The notes beneath the pieces are model-generated. The model was not told where the DNA came from. It made no database searches and worked only from the letters and a program-made list of their open reading frames with translations. Both the position numbers and the translations under genes were made by a program. From Geosiphon pyriformis uo1 (taxonomy: Eukaryota; Fungi; Glomeromycota): DNA of 64,000 nt. Each line of letters begins with the position of its first letter. The first letter of the stretch is position 1. The stretch covers positions 620,001-684,000 of the forward strand of contig JAAOMT010000710.1 of the NCBI GenBank assembly GCA_016748015.1, in the 5' to 3' direction. Of this stretch, positions 1 to 12,560 are shown piece by piece.

Positions 1-1960
1 AGTCCAATAAAAAGATAGCACAGGCAATATTCCTGCCTCTGGTTAGAGTAGCTCAGTTAGTATTAGTGAGAAAGAGGGAGAAATTAGGAATAACAGCAAG
101 AGAAATACAGGGATTTGGGTCAACAGGTAAAATAGATGTACCAGTAATATGGCGGAGGAAAAAATTGTTGGCCAAGAAAAAATTATCTCAACTGGTCAAG
201 CTATTTTCATTCCACTATATAACCAGTACATGCTAGCAATAAAAAGGAAGAAAAAAGACCAAGCACAAATTTTTGAAGCAGAAGCCAGTCTTTGTGAATC
301 AAGAGAAGTTGGACTCATCAATCTTCACATACCAACCAAAAATTACAGCCACATTAAAATTCTTATCTACAACAACACAGGAAATGTCATAGTAATACCA
401 GCCAGAATCATTATTGGATACTTAAACACTAAAATAGAGGATTAACCACCAAACTTCATTTCAGACTTTCCACAACTTTGTGATTATGTTAATATCACAT
501 CACAAACAATACAGATGAAGTGAATGTTATTTGCTCCAATCAAAACAATTAAAACAAATAAACATGGGAAACTTAGATCCACTTCAACGTATGCAACTCA
601 AGATGTTGCTCAACCAGTTCAATGACATCTTTGCCAGTGAAAATGAGTTTGGCCAAACTGACATCATCTAACATCAGATCAAGACTGGAGATGCAATGCC
701 AATTAAACAAAAAGCATACAGAGTGCCACCAGCCAGTCATGAGATTATTTGTCAAGAAATAAACCAAATGCTTGACAATGGGCTAATTCAGCCATCAATA
801 AGCCCATGGTCATTACCAGTGGTACTTGTTTATAAGAAAATTGGAAAGATTCAATTTTGTGTAGACTACAGAAAACTCAATGGTGTAACTCATGGAAACA
901 GCTATCCAACTCCACGGATACAGGAATTATTCAATGCTTTTGGCGGAAACAAATGGTTCTCAACATTAGACTTGGACAGTGGTTACTGACAAGTGGCTAT
1001 GAATCCAGCTAACAAAGAGAAAATGGCATTCACCATAAGAGAAGAGAATTTCGATTTTTTGAAGTAATGCCATTCAGTTTAACCAACACACCAGCCACTT
1101 TCCAATGGCTAATGAAAATTGTCTATACTGGCTTATTATGGAAATCAGTAGTTGTATACTTGGACAATACTAACATATTCTCAAAAACATTTGATGATCA
1201 TCTTCATTATTTTCAACAAGTGTTTGAAAGACTAAGAAAAGCAGGACTAAAATTAAATGCAATAAAGTGCTTTTTCAGCAAGACAGAACTAAAATTCTTG
1301 GGACACATAGTCAGCAAAGACAGCATCAAAATAGATCCAGAGAAAATAGAGATAGTAAAGAACTTTTCAGTGCTGACCAATATGACAGAACTGAAATCAT
1401 TCTTAGGATTCGCCAGCTACTATTGACATTTTATCAAGAATTTTTCCAAGATAGTACAGCCATTCAACCAACTGCAAACCAAGAATACAAAATATAAATG
1501 AACAGAAAGTCAACAAAAAGCTTTTGATATTCTGAAAAGAAAACTCATTCAAGCTTCAGTACTGATTTATCCAAATCACAGCAAACCATTTATCATTACC
1601 ACTGATGCATCCGGCCAAGCATTGGAAGCAGTATTATTTCAGAGAGAACCAAACAGCAGAGAACATCCAGTAGCATATGCCAGCAGAGGTTTAATACCAG
1701 CCGAAAAGAACTATAAAACACCGGAACAAGAACACTTAACAATATACTGGGCAGTCATGAAATGGAAAGAATACTTGAGCCAGAAGTTTGAAGTATACAC
1801 AGATCACAAGAGATTAACATCACTCCAAAAACAAAAATTTGGAGATGAAAAACAGTCAAGATAGAAAATGACACTTGTACCATACAATTATACTATACAT
1901 TACAAAAAAGGAAAAGACAACAGAAATGCTGATGGTTTGTCACAAATAAGACAAATCTAA
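1..1960 (+). pseudogene. pol of element A (dUTPase C-term, dUTPase-like spacer, RT, RNase H), ending at TAA 1958-1960
   Basis: ORF fragments 149-445, 696-989, 1067-1426, 1622-1864; ends NADGLSQIRQI*. Confidence 0.9.
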
Positions 1961-2022
1961 GAACATTTTAACACAAAAATATAACAAAACCAGAACAATA
2001 CCAACGAAAAATATAACAAAAG

Positions 2023-3405
2023 ATGAACATACAAAAATATCAACAACTTCAACATTATATAAACACTCAGCAGTTCAAGGAGAATTTATCTCAAATAGAA
2101 TGAAAGAGTATCAAACAACAATCAAAATATTTTATCACTCACCAAAATATACTTTATCAGAAAAATAGAAAAGATCCAGATCAACCAACCAAAGTAATTA
2201 CAGAGCCAGAAAAAGAAACAATATTATTCAACATGCACTCAAATCCAACAGCAGAACATTTTCATAAAGAAGCAATCATGGAAAGAACCAGAAAAAAATA
2301 CTATTGGCCATTAATGTATCCAGACATCATCCAATATGTTCAAAATTGTGATGTTTGTCAGCAAAGAGGAGATACAAAACCCAGTAAACTGTTAAGACCA
2401 ATCAAAGTAGGACAACCATTTGACTGTATTGAAATTGATTTAGTTGGACCATTAACAATCACCAGCGGAGGAAACAGATATATAGCAGTAGCCATGGACT
2501 ATCTCACTAAATGGCCAAAGGCAAAAGCAATTCAAAAAGCGGATGCAGAATCCGTTGCTGAATTTGTTCATCAAGATTTGATCTGTCAACATGGATGTCC
2601 AAAAGAATTATTATCAGACCAAGGAACTCATTTTGTGAACAAAACATTAACAGAATTGAGCCAAAGATTCGGAATTAAGAGGCCACTATCATCATTATAT
2701 CATCCACAAACCAACAGATTAGTCGAAAGATTCAACAGAATATTGTGTGAAACAATAGCTAAACTCAGCCAAGAAAACCAGAATGATTGGGATTTGTTGA
2801 TACCATCAGTTCTATTTGCTTATTGGACAATGAAGCAAGATACTACACAAGCAACACTATTTGAATTAGTATATGGTAGAACAGCAACACTACCAGTGGA
2901 AATAGAAGTCAGCACATACCCAACTGAACCAATAACAAAAGAGAATTTCAAAAATACATTGTTGAGAAGAACATATGACTTAATGGAAACATTAGAAAAC
3001 AAACGATGAAGAGCAGCTGATAACATATAAAAGTCACAAGAGAAACAAAAAGAAAGACATAATAACCAACTACCAGATAAACCAGTTGAATTCAGGATTG
3101 GAAACAAAGTACTACTACATTGTACCAAAGCAGAAAAACAATGAAGTGGAAAATTTGATTTCAAATGGGACAGACCATTTCACATAGAAGAAATTCTAGG
3201 AAATGGAGCTTACAAATTAAGACTGGATAACAAAATTTTAACCAAAGCAGCACATGGAGATCGACTAAAACCATACCACACCATTACACTACCATCTACC
3301 AGTAATATTCTACAATTAAAAGTATAGAGAATATTAGTCCAACCAGATGAGATTCTACAAGATCTGGAACCAATCATGATTATTGACAACAACACGTTAA
3401 ATTGA
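2023..3405 (+). pseudogene. Stand-alone integrase ORF of element A (HHCC, DDE core, GPY/F tail)
   Basis: Starts ATG AAC at 2023 in a different frame from RNase H; ORF 2233-3009; tail WDRPFHI..GNGAYKL..HGDRLKPY..LEPIMII. Confidence 0.88.
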
Positions 3406-3459
3406 TTCATAACAAAAATATATAAAGACATGGTAGACGTGACAGGAAATATCAGAAAA

Positions 3460-4077
3460 ATAGAAATTACAGACAACATTCACTCACTAGCACAACAACT
3501 CTTTCAATTAATCCAACACCAGGAAATGGAAATTACAATCAATCAACAAACCATTCGATATCAAAATACTAGAAAGACATTGCAACCCAGAACACAGAAG
3601 AAAACTGAAAATACAGTGGACAAAATCATTGTGAAAGTAAAGTTAGCAATAAAAAAGTCACTATATCAAGAGTTGACTAAAGAAACTTGGAATTGGTGGA
3701 TACAACAATTTCCACAAAACTATTGTTATTTTTATTTGAGACAACACGTAAATATTCAGAATCTATATACGGATAAAACAAAGCGATTATTTGACAAAAG
3801 AATACTATGACAATTAGAACATTTTGTGGGAAAGAACAACTTATCTACACAGACCTGAGCCATATACCAAATACACACAGCATTTCAGGATAGACCAGAA
3901 ATATTACTCAACAAAGCAATGGATATGGTTACCAGTAATCAATTGGAAAAAATTACCAATGCTCAATTTGAAAAATTACAGACCCAAATAACACAAGTAA
4001 TTCTCGAAAACAAAATCCAGGAAATACTTCAAGAGGGAGAATTAAACGAGGTGGATTTTGACAGAGCTCAATATTAA
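3460..4077 (+). pseudogene. ORF3 of unknown function between integrase and PPT (element A)
   Basis: (M)EITDNIHSLAQQLFQ...YCYF.L.Q...RAIY..F.DRPEILL...DFD(G)AQY*; homologues in elements B, D, E, G. Confidence 0.8.
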
Positions 4078-4090
4078 AAAGAGAGAATAA

Positions 4091-4883
4091 TATTACTCAT
4101 AGAAATATAAGAAATATATTAGTATAATTATTAGCCAATCAGAAGTAGGTGTAGTAAATATGAAATTCCAGAATTCCTTTCAGAAATTGCAGGATTCTAG
4201 GAATTTCAGGATTTCCATTGTGAAGAATCAAAAAATTGGGGAATCTCAAATATGTATATATAGCAGTAGTGATAGAAACAGAAAAGACAGAACTGATACC
4301 ACAGAATTCTTAGCCTAGAAACAAAATCATCAAATAAATAATTATTTCATATCTTAACTTACTCTCTACTATTAACATTTCATGTTGATAGTAATTGATA
4401 CTTAACTACGCTGGAACAATAGCTCTTGATCACAGCTATTGACAAGATACTAATGTACCAAATTGTCTTGGCTTATTTTCTCTATTTTCTTTATTTTATT
4501 TTCTTTATTTTATTTTCTTTCTTTTTTTGATTTTGTTGTTGTATACTAATTGATTAAAAGATTAAGCACTGAGTTATTAACGTTAAGGATAGCCTGGTAA
4601 AAGACCCAGAAATAAAGGTAGGATTTTATATATTATTGGATAGCTTACCAGAAGGGCACAACTGCCAGACTAAATCTGATCACCATGCTGAAAAAGAAAT
4701 TGGGAAAACTCTTGAAAAGATACATCTACTATCGACACTATTGAATCTCTGTTCATTATACAAAAGACTCCATCAAAACCTTCAGATACAACACTTATAG
4801 AACATTATCAACGGAAGTAGCTTTTGAGCACCAAGTTACAGGTTTGTTATTCAATTCAACAGCAAAAATAATCATCTGTAACA
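4091..4883 (+). repeat. 3' LTR of element A
   Basis: T(A)TTAC...GTAACA termini, PPT directly upstream, TATA-like tatgtatatatag, similarity to LTRs at 14018, 25301 and 52310. Confidence 0.9.
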
Positions 4884-6439
4884 ACGTGACAAAAGCAACC
4901 AAGAAAATGGAAATACCAGATCATATTCACATTATAGCTCAACAATTATTCCAGGCATTAATTCAACAACCATTAGACATAGAAATTATCATTAACAACC
5001 AAACAATCTGCTATCAAAACACCAAAAGAAAAACAAAAAATACACCATATTAGCAGATACCAAAGAGTAATAAAAACTGGTCAAATAACATAATAGAAAA
5101 AGTGAAGAACACTTTTGGGAAAATATTTATTATGACACTAACAGAAGAACTCACAAAAGAGAATTGGAAGCAATAGACAGAACAACTTCCAATATTATAT
5201 TGTTACTACCAGTTAGGTCGAAAGTTGAATATTCAGGAGTTGTATATCAACGAATCCAAGAGAATATTTAACTAAAACATAATACAGCAAATTAAAAAAT
5301 TTATTGAAAAAAAAACAAACTCAACACTACATGTGAGAACAATTTATCAACTATACAATATATTTCAGAACTATCCAGAAATACTATTACACTCTAACAT
5401 GAAAACCATAACCATTAACCAATGAAGAAAAATGAACAATGTACAAGTAGAAGATGTAAAAAATAAAGTCGAACAAACAATACTAGAAAAAGAAGTATTA
5501 GAGCTAATTCAGAATGAAGATTTTGATGGAGCTCAATATTAAAAAGAAGGAAATAATATTACTCATAAAAAGAAAACAGATATAGGGAAATAGTAGACCA
5601 ATAAGCAAATAGTATATAACATGTGAACATATTGCTTAGCAATATAGAGCAATAACAGAAATCACAGCACATTGTTCAGCAATGTGGAGCAATAACAGAA
5701 AACATGGCACATTGTTCAGCAATGTGAAGTAATGTTAAAAAATTAGGGCACATTGCTCAGCAATAAGAGTATTGCTCAAGAAATCATAGCACATTGCTCG
5801 GAAATGTGAGCAATCTCATAGAACATTAATTATGTATATATAGTGGTAACATTAGAAGTAAAAAAAGCAGAATCTTTTAGTTAGCAATCTTCCTCCACAA
5901 ATATTAAATAAATAAATTATTTACCATCCAAATCTACTCTCTACTATCAACACTTCATGTTGATAGTAATTGATACTTAACCACACTAGAATAATAGCTC
6001 TTAATTATGGCTATTAATGAGATACTAATTTGTGTATTACCTTGGCTCATTTCTTTATTTTTTTTTATTTTTCTCTTTCTTTGATTTTTTATTGTTGAAT
6101 ACTAATGGATTAAGGATTAAAGCACTGAGTAATTGACGTCACAGATAGCCTGGTAAAAGACCCAGAAATAAGGATAAAATTATATATATATTAATGGATA
6201 ACTTACTAAAAGGGCACAACTGCCAGAATAAACTGGCCACCAAGCTGAAAACAGAAATTAGGAACACAACTCACCAACCAACTACATCATCATTGAATCT
6301 CTGTTCATTATACAAAGAACTCAACTCTAAAACCTTCAGATACAATCAACATACCAGTATTATCAGCATTGTCAAGATATTGAACACCAAGTTACAGATT
6401 TGTTATTTGATTTGAGACCCCAAATAATCATCTGTAACA
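4884..6439 (+). mobile_element. 3' end of Gypsy element B (ORF3 4907-5542, PPT, LTR 5557-6439); target of element A; itself inserted in the RNase H region of a LINE
   Basis: MEIPDHIHIIAQQLFQ...DFDGAQY*; PPT aaaaagaaggaaa; LTR tattac...tgtaaca; LINE sequence begins at 6440. Confidence 0.88.
5620..5815. repeat. ~38-bp tandem array of palindromic CACATTGCTCAGCAATGTG-type units in LTR B
   Basis: About five degenerate copies of acattg(c/t)tcagcaatgtg. Confidence 0.8.
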
Positions 6440-9400
6440 ATGTCCACAATATGCTGATGCTCAACCCAACACCAAACATGAAAATCCAGACAAATAAAAC
6501 ACAGCTCCGATTTGCATGCATCCAGAGCAGCCTGACTATTAGAGTGTAAGTGAATTGAGCTAAGAAAAGGAACACATTCCAATACCAGAACTATAGCCTG
6601 TAGCTCCACCAAAGTAAAAAACAACAAGCCAGTGACTCTCATGCCCAAACCCAAACCAATGTTGTCAAAAAAGACAGCAGCACCAGTCTTCTTCCATATA
6701 GTGTTCAAATCTCTTAGAGAACCATCCATATAGACAGACAGATTACCAGTACTAATACAAAACAACTGATCACATACCAACTTAAATTCCTGAAACTCTA
6801 GAATGTTCAAAGGCTTACCAACACCCCCAAGAAAAGATGAACCAGGAAGACAGGAAGCCACACTACTAAGAAAGGTGACAGAAAGACCAAACCACTCAGG
6901 GACCAGACCACAAGGATCCAACTTCTTCCAGTGCTTAAAGATTTTCCAATTAAAAATAGCACCATGGCAATCATAGAGCTAATTCACAAAGACAACACCA
7001 TACTGATATAAAGAGGGGAGACACACACAGAACTTAGCTTTCCCAAAAACCACTGACATAAAGATTCCACCCTGATGACAAAATGAATTACCCGAAAATC
7101 TGCTCAGAGAAAGATTATTTTTTGCCAAAATATGGACCACACCAGCTAAAAAATTATTTAAAAAACTAATGCAAACATGCACTGGGGAACTCAGGGGTGA
7201 ATAGAATGCCAACACAAAACTTGTAAGTCGTGAGACTTATAAAAGAACATACAACCCAAAGTCCCACCAGAGTTTGCAAAACTCACAAGTACGGCTATTT
7301 TGTCTTCAGATTGCACCTGCTCAAAAGACTTTAAACCATAAAAGAAAAGGTGGTGGATCGAATCATTTGGGAAGTCAAGAGGAAGGCCAGATTTCAATAT
7401 AAGGTCTTTTCAAACCAAAGTATCTTATTTGTTGTACACATTAAAAGATGTGAAGCTGAATTGAGTCCTATAGCTTACAACAGGATGGAGAACAGCCAAA
7501 ACTAAATACAAAAATTGTTTATTTGAAATGGTCTTTCTCAGCACAAGGTTAAAGAAAAACTGAATATCCAACTGTGCTTTGGCCAAGTTAGGCTTTAAAA
7601 AACCCTCAGTTGAAAAAAAGATGCCCAGGTATCGATGAGATTTCCTTTTTTTCACAATAGCAATAGGCGAGCCACTGATAACCAAAAAAGAACTACCAAC
7701 TTTACAATTAATAGGAATGACAACAGTCTTGTCTGTATTAATAGAAATGTCATTAACCCGAAAAAATTCACTGGCAACATTGAGAATATGCTGAGTAGCA
7801 CTCTGACTGCTACCAACCCAAATCATATCATTAACAAAAGCTCTAGCAACAAAGAAAGAAAACAACCCAACAATGGGTTTTGAACAACTATTTTTTGAGA
7901 TGAAATAAGAATTCAATTTGTACTTGCACACACTTTCCTGTCTTTTAACTTCACAAAGAAGAGGATCATAGAATATGCACCAGAGAAGTGGTGAGAAAAC
8001 CTCCCTTTGATTCAAGCTATTATGAACATAATATCTATCAGTTAAGCCAAAGTTAGTCATAACTTTGTTGATGTGGTTGCAATGAATACTACCAAAAAAA
8101 TGTATGAACTTGCTATACATTTTAATTCTAATTAAACTCTTTCTAAGATGCTTCCAGCCAACAGAATCATATGCTTTTCACATGTCCTATAAAACTAGCC
8201 AGAGTTCATGGTTCTTTTCTAGAGCATCTTTTATTACCAAGCCAACTGCAAAAATGGGTAATTGTGTAGAAGTATCCTACAAAACAGAAAAGTTGTTACC
8301 ATGAAAAACATTGAATCTGCTATATGCCAGAAAAATTCTATTAGACAAGATCTTGAAAAGAATCTTATGGGCTGTTTCAATTAGAGCAATAGGATAGGTG
8401 TTTATGAGAACTTTCTCCCATTCATATGGTTTAGGGATCATCAAGATCCAAGCCTCTTTCCAAAAACTAGGCACAAATTCAATAATCAAACAAGTGTTCA
8501 AAAGCTCCAAAAGCATACCTATAATAGACTTGTCACAGTGTTTCCAAAATTTGTTGAGAATACTGGAGAAACCAGCAGCTTTGTCATCAAGCAGATCAGA
8601 AATCACACCAAACAATTTATTGAAATCAACTGGCCATATCACATCCAAAAAAGCACTATCAAAAACATACTCCAGAGGCTGGTATTGACCAAACCATTTA
8701 CTAGAGACATCAAAAACCACCTTGTGTCTCCTAGTCCATTCCTCCATAATCACATCTACCTTAGCCTTGACCAATTCAGGCTCCAAAATCAATTTGTCAC
8801 CAACAACTAGATGATCTAATTCCACCTTATGGAATGAATGTTCTAAAATACTCCTGATAATGTGACCCTTATCAGAAGCAAAGCCCTCCATATGCCTATT
8901 AATAGCAGACCTAATATTTGACTCTCAAGCTCTCAAAGATTTGGCAAGTTTGGAGGCATGATAAGATTTTCACACACCAAAAAGAGCAGATCTAACACAA
9001 TCAAAATTCGCACCAAAGTCCAAAAGAACCTGTATTGCCAAGACTTTGCCAGAGTCCAAAGAAGCCCAATGACTCATCAAAGATATAAACCTCACAGAGT
9101 TCTGTCCACAAAACACTTTGACTATTCACAAAACCAAAATTTCCAATCTGTGAAACCTAGAAGAGCCCTTGGTAAAGACGCTATCAAAGCTTTTGAACCA
9201 TTTTTTTTTAAATGAATCATTAGCTGAAAAAACCATTATCTTATGAACAGTATCCCACATAGAATCTAGATTAAAAGAAACCACAGAGGAAGCAAACTCC
9301 TCAGAAAACATAGCAGCATTCACTGTTGTTGACATTTTGAACCCACACTACTTAACATTGTTAACACCTTTGATATCATACTTCCAATAATCTTTATTTG

Positions 9401-12100
9401 CTTGCTTGTGAATGGAATTCAGATGCACATCCAAAAGTCTATCCAAACCCACATGCACAGAAACTGCTCTATGATCAAAGTCAAAATGGTCACCAATATC
9501 AGCTACACCATGATTAATTACTGTACTAACCAAGTTGTAAGAAACAAATATGTAATCAATAGTCTTAGAAACACCTCAAGAGTTAGTCCACATTGGCATT
9601 TTAACAAACAAGCTCCCACCCAAAGAATTAACCAAGCTGAGATCCAAGCATTTCTTGAAACTAGCACTCTTACATAAACTATTTTCATTGAAATCACCAC
9701 CCAGCACAATGAAAGAGGATTTATTCACAGCTCTGGCAATCAGCAAATTGATGTTACCAGCCTGAGAAAACTGAACATCCAAAGAAGTGCCAGCATACAG
9801 TCCCAAAATTGTAACAGAAAGTTTGTTATTAAAAAGTAATCTAATAGAGAAGAGCCTTCCAGACACCTCAGAAACCTTACAAACATATCTTGCCAGAGAG
9901 TTGTCCATGATGATTGCTACACCAGAACCCAAGTGACCAGAATTCAGACCAGAGGTAAAAACTCGAACACCATTGAATTTATTAATAATCCAAGAACAAA
10001 CTCTGTCTCTTAACTTTGTTTTAGTAAAAATTGAAATCAAATTGTTCATATTTTTGTGCCAATGAATAATGTCATCCTGCTTGGCAGGATTGTTTATCCC
10101 TTTAACATTGCAAGTGGCAATCTTCCAAACTAGACTGGTCATTAAGATGGAAGAAGAACTAAAGAACCCGCACCCGAACACAAACGATCTAACCTTTCCA
10201 AAACTGAACCAATTAAGACCTCAAAAGCTACCATTTTCGATTCCAATTCACCCACTTTGGAGGTCAGAACCTTGGAAAAACTTGAACTAGAATCATGGAC
10301 AATGTCATCAACAGCTAAGGGAGGAGAAGTAGAAGCCAATATCATATTATCCAAAACCATATCCACATCCAAACACAGTACCAAGAGGGTGGGATTGGCT
10401 GGGGGAAAAACACTAGAAGAGGTTACCATTGGTACCAGTTCCATGCCATTTAACTTTTTCAATATGTTGGACATCTGATCCATTAAAAGCTCCAAGGAGC
10501 ATTCCAAAATGTTCAGACAAGCATTCAAAAAAGAGTTATCAGCTAAGATGAGAGGAGAATCATTGATTGAATCTGAGACACCAAAAAAGGGGGGACTAGT
10601 ACTGGAACCATTACTGAAATGAGAACCACCAGAAAAACCAGCAAGTGAGACCACTTAAGCCCAAGATTTGCCACCAAAGGCAGTGGGCCAAGATATCAAA
10701 ACATCTTTTTTTTCATATAGCTTTGCCAATTGAAGATGACATTCATCAGGTGCAACTCTTTTAAATATTCTTGAAGGCCTAAATGGGGATGCAACAGGTG
10801 CATCACATTCCAGAGCAGAATGACCAAACTTCCTGTATTTTTCACACCAAACCAGATCCATCCTCACCCAAGAAAGTTTAATGCCACCAAGAATTGGCTC
10901 TGTACAAAAAGCAGATTCTAGATCATTATTAAATTCAAAACCAACTACAGCACAACGAATCCTATTACTGGTTTCCAAAGATCTGTTTATAACACAAGTT
11001 TTTCCACCAGTCTTATTCAGAAGAGTTCCAAGATCATGTGCTGTTGTTCTCACCAGCAAAGTAAACAAAAGTGCTCTAAATTAATTCCTCGAAGCCCAAG
11101 TCTTATGATCTCCCACTGCTTTGGCCACATGCACAGAGTCCTTACCAATCAAGAAAAACCACTTAAAGGCCAACAAATTAGCTTGGTCAAGCTTAGCAAA
11201 CTCTACCATAGCTTTTTGCCACATTCCAATTAGTTGAATTTTGATTGACTTAATTTTCCCAAATTTGGATACTGTGACAATGATCATATCTTTAGGTGTA
11301 TCCATGAGAATTTCTTTAATTATCACAGCCTGATCTGACCTCATTTTTTGTCTCTTAAGATCGCTGTTTACGTCAATCCCTTTTTTTCTGGCCAATGATA
11401 CAGCCATTTCTATGCTCTGTTCAGAAATAAATGTTGATTGGATGATCTCTTCAAATTTTGAGAGAATAGTGGCCCCCCCAAAACCATTGACTGAAAAAAA
11501 TAATTTCCTGATGACTTGAGTTTTGGCTGTTGCAGATTTCTCTTCCACAGCTAATAGATTAATGTCTAAAGCAAAAAACTTTTTGACTAACACTTCTATT
11601 GGGGTTTTAATGATATTTGGGTCAATCCACTTTTTTTCCAGAGAGATAGACAAGCAAGGAAGAAGCACAATTTCATCATCATCCATAGTGAAATCAGGAG
11701 ACCCAAGTGGAGAACCAAACATAGTACTAGTATTAACATGTTTCACCTTGGGAGTAGTTGCAGCTAAACCCAAAAGAGACCTTCCATTCACACCTGACAT
11801 GCCAACATCCTCATTATTACCAGACAGACTATCCAAATCAGAATACACACTATCACTAAGCCCAGATTTACTCAAAGAAATATCCTTCTTGTCACCAGAG
11901 TATTTAACATTTCCAAGAACCACCTTTTTTTTCTGAGTGAAAGAACTATCAGCAGGACCATGGAAAGCACTTTTGGGCGCCTTTTTTTTTGACATATTAC
12001 CACCCAAAGCAGTTTTTAAATCCATGACAAAAGAGTTATTATTTAAAAAAATATTGAAAAAACTAACAAGAAAAAATAAAAAACTTCTATTTCAGAAAAT
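6440..12100 (-). mobile_element. LINE (non-LTR retrotransposon), degenerate: ORF1 (RRM-like + CCHC knuckle, 12025-10142) and ORF2 (APE endonuclease, RT, RNase H)
   Basis: ORF1 SIKIQLIGMWQKAMVEF and CEKYRKFGHSALEC; ORF2 WKIATCNVKGINN, GGDFN, FDHRAV (APE); MIPKP..PIALIE, KAYDSV, FVNDMIW, RYLG (RT); VYMDGSL..ELQAI (RNase H). Confidence 0.93.
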
Positions 12101-12119
12101 GTGCTTTTTTGAGAATTTT

Positions 12120-12560
12120 TAGAGGTAAGAGAAAAAGAAGTTTTTTTTATATTTTTTATTTTATAAAATTTTTTAAAATTTTATTATCTTTTATTATTTT
12201 TATATTATTTTATTATTTTATATTTATATTATTTTGTATTATTATTATTATTTATTTTATATTATTTATATTTATTTTAAATTATATTTTTGTCCTATTT
12301 TTTTTGTAATTAATTGGTTTTTTATTTAAATAATATATATAAAATTAAAAATATTTTATAATAAATACAATTTATGTTTTGTTTATATATTATTAATTAT
12401 TTAAGTTATATTATATATTACAACTTAAATTTTTAAATAATTTATTATTAATTAACATATAATTAACTAATAAATAAATACTTAAAAAAAATTAATTTTA
12501 TTATATAAATTAAAATAACTTAAATACTTAAATTTAAAAATAATTTTAATATTTAAATAT
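12120..12560. repeat. Extremely AT-rich low-complexity block between two divergently oriented LINE pieces
   Basis: Almost no G/C over ~440 bp. Confidence 0.8.

Larger units (their letters stand above)
1..4883 (+). mobile_element. Ty3/Gypsy LTR retrotransposon A, 5' part outside window, degenerate (dUTPase end, RT, RNase H, integrase, ORF3, PPT, 3' LTR)
   Basis: dUTPase tail KIAQAIF..GFGSTG; RT motifs SPWSLPVVLV, FCVDYRKLN, YLDNT; RNase H TDAS..VAYASR..YTDH; integrase H..H/CDVCQ, DLVGP, SDQG, ERFN; purine tract 4076-4088 then LTR. Many nonsense codons. Confidence 0.95.

Noticed and set aside
987-1502. TGA at Trp positions in Gypsy pol as evidence of code 4
   Set aside because: Accompanied across these elements by TAG/TAA stops, frameshifts and CpG loss, so ordinary G>A decay.
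4367-4455. LTR hairpin module as a known self-cleaving ribozyme
   Set aside because: No hammerhead CUGANGA/GAAA core and no recognisable HDV, twister or pistol consensus by eye; kept only as a structured element.
5620-5815. Palindromic repeats resembling a CRISPR array
   Set aside because: Degenerate units without unique spacers, inside a eukaryotic LTR, with no cas genes.
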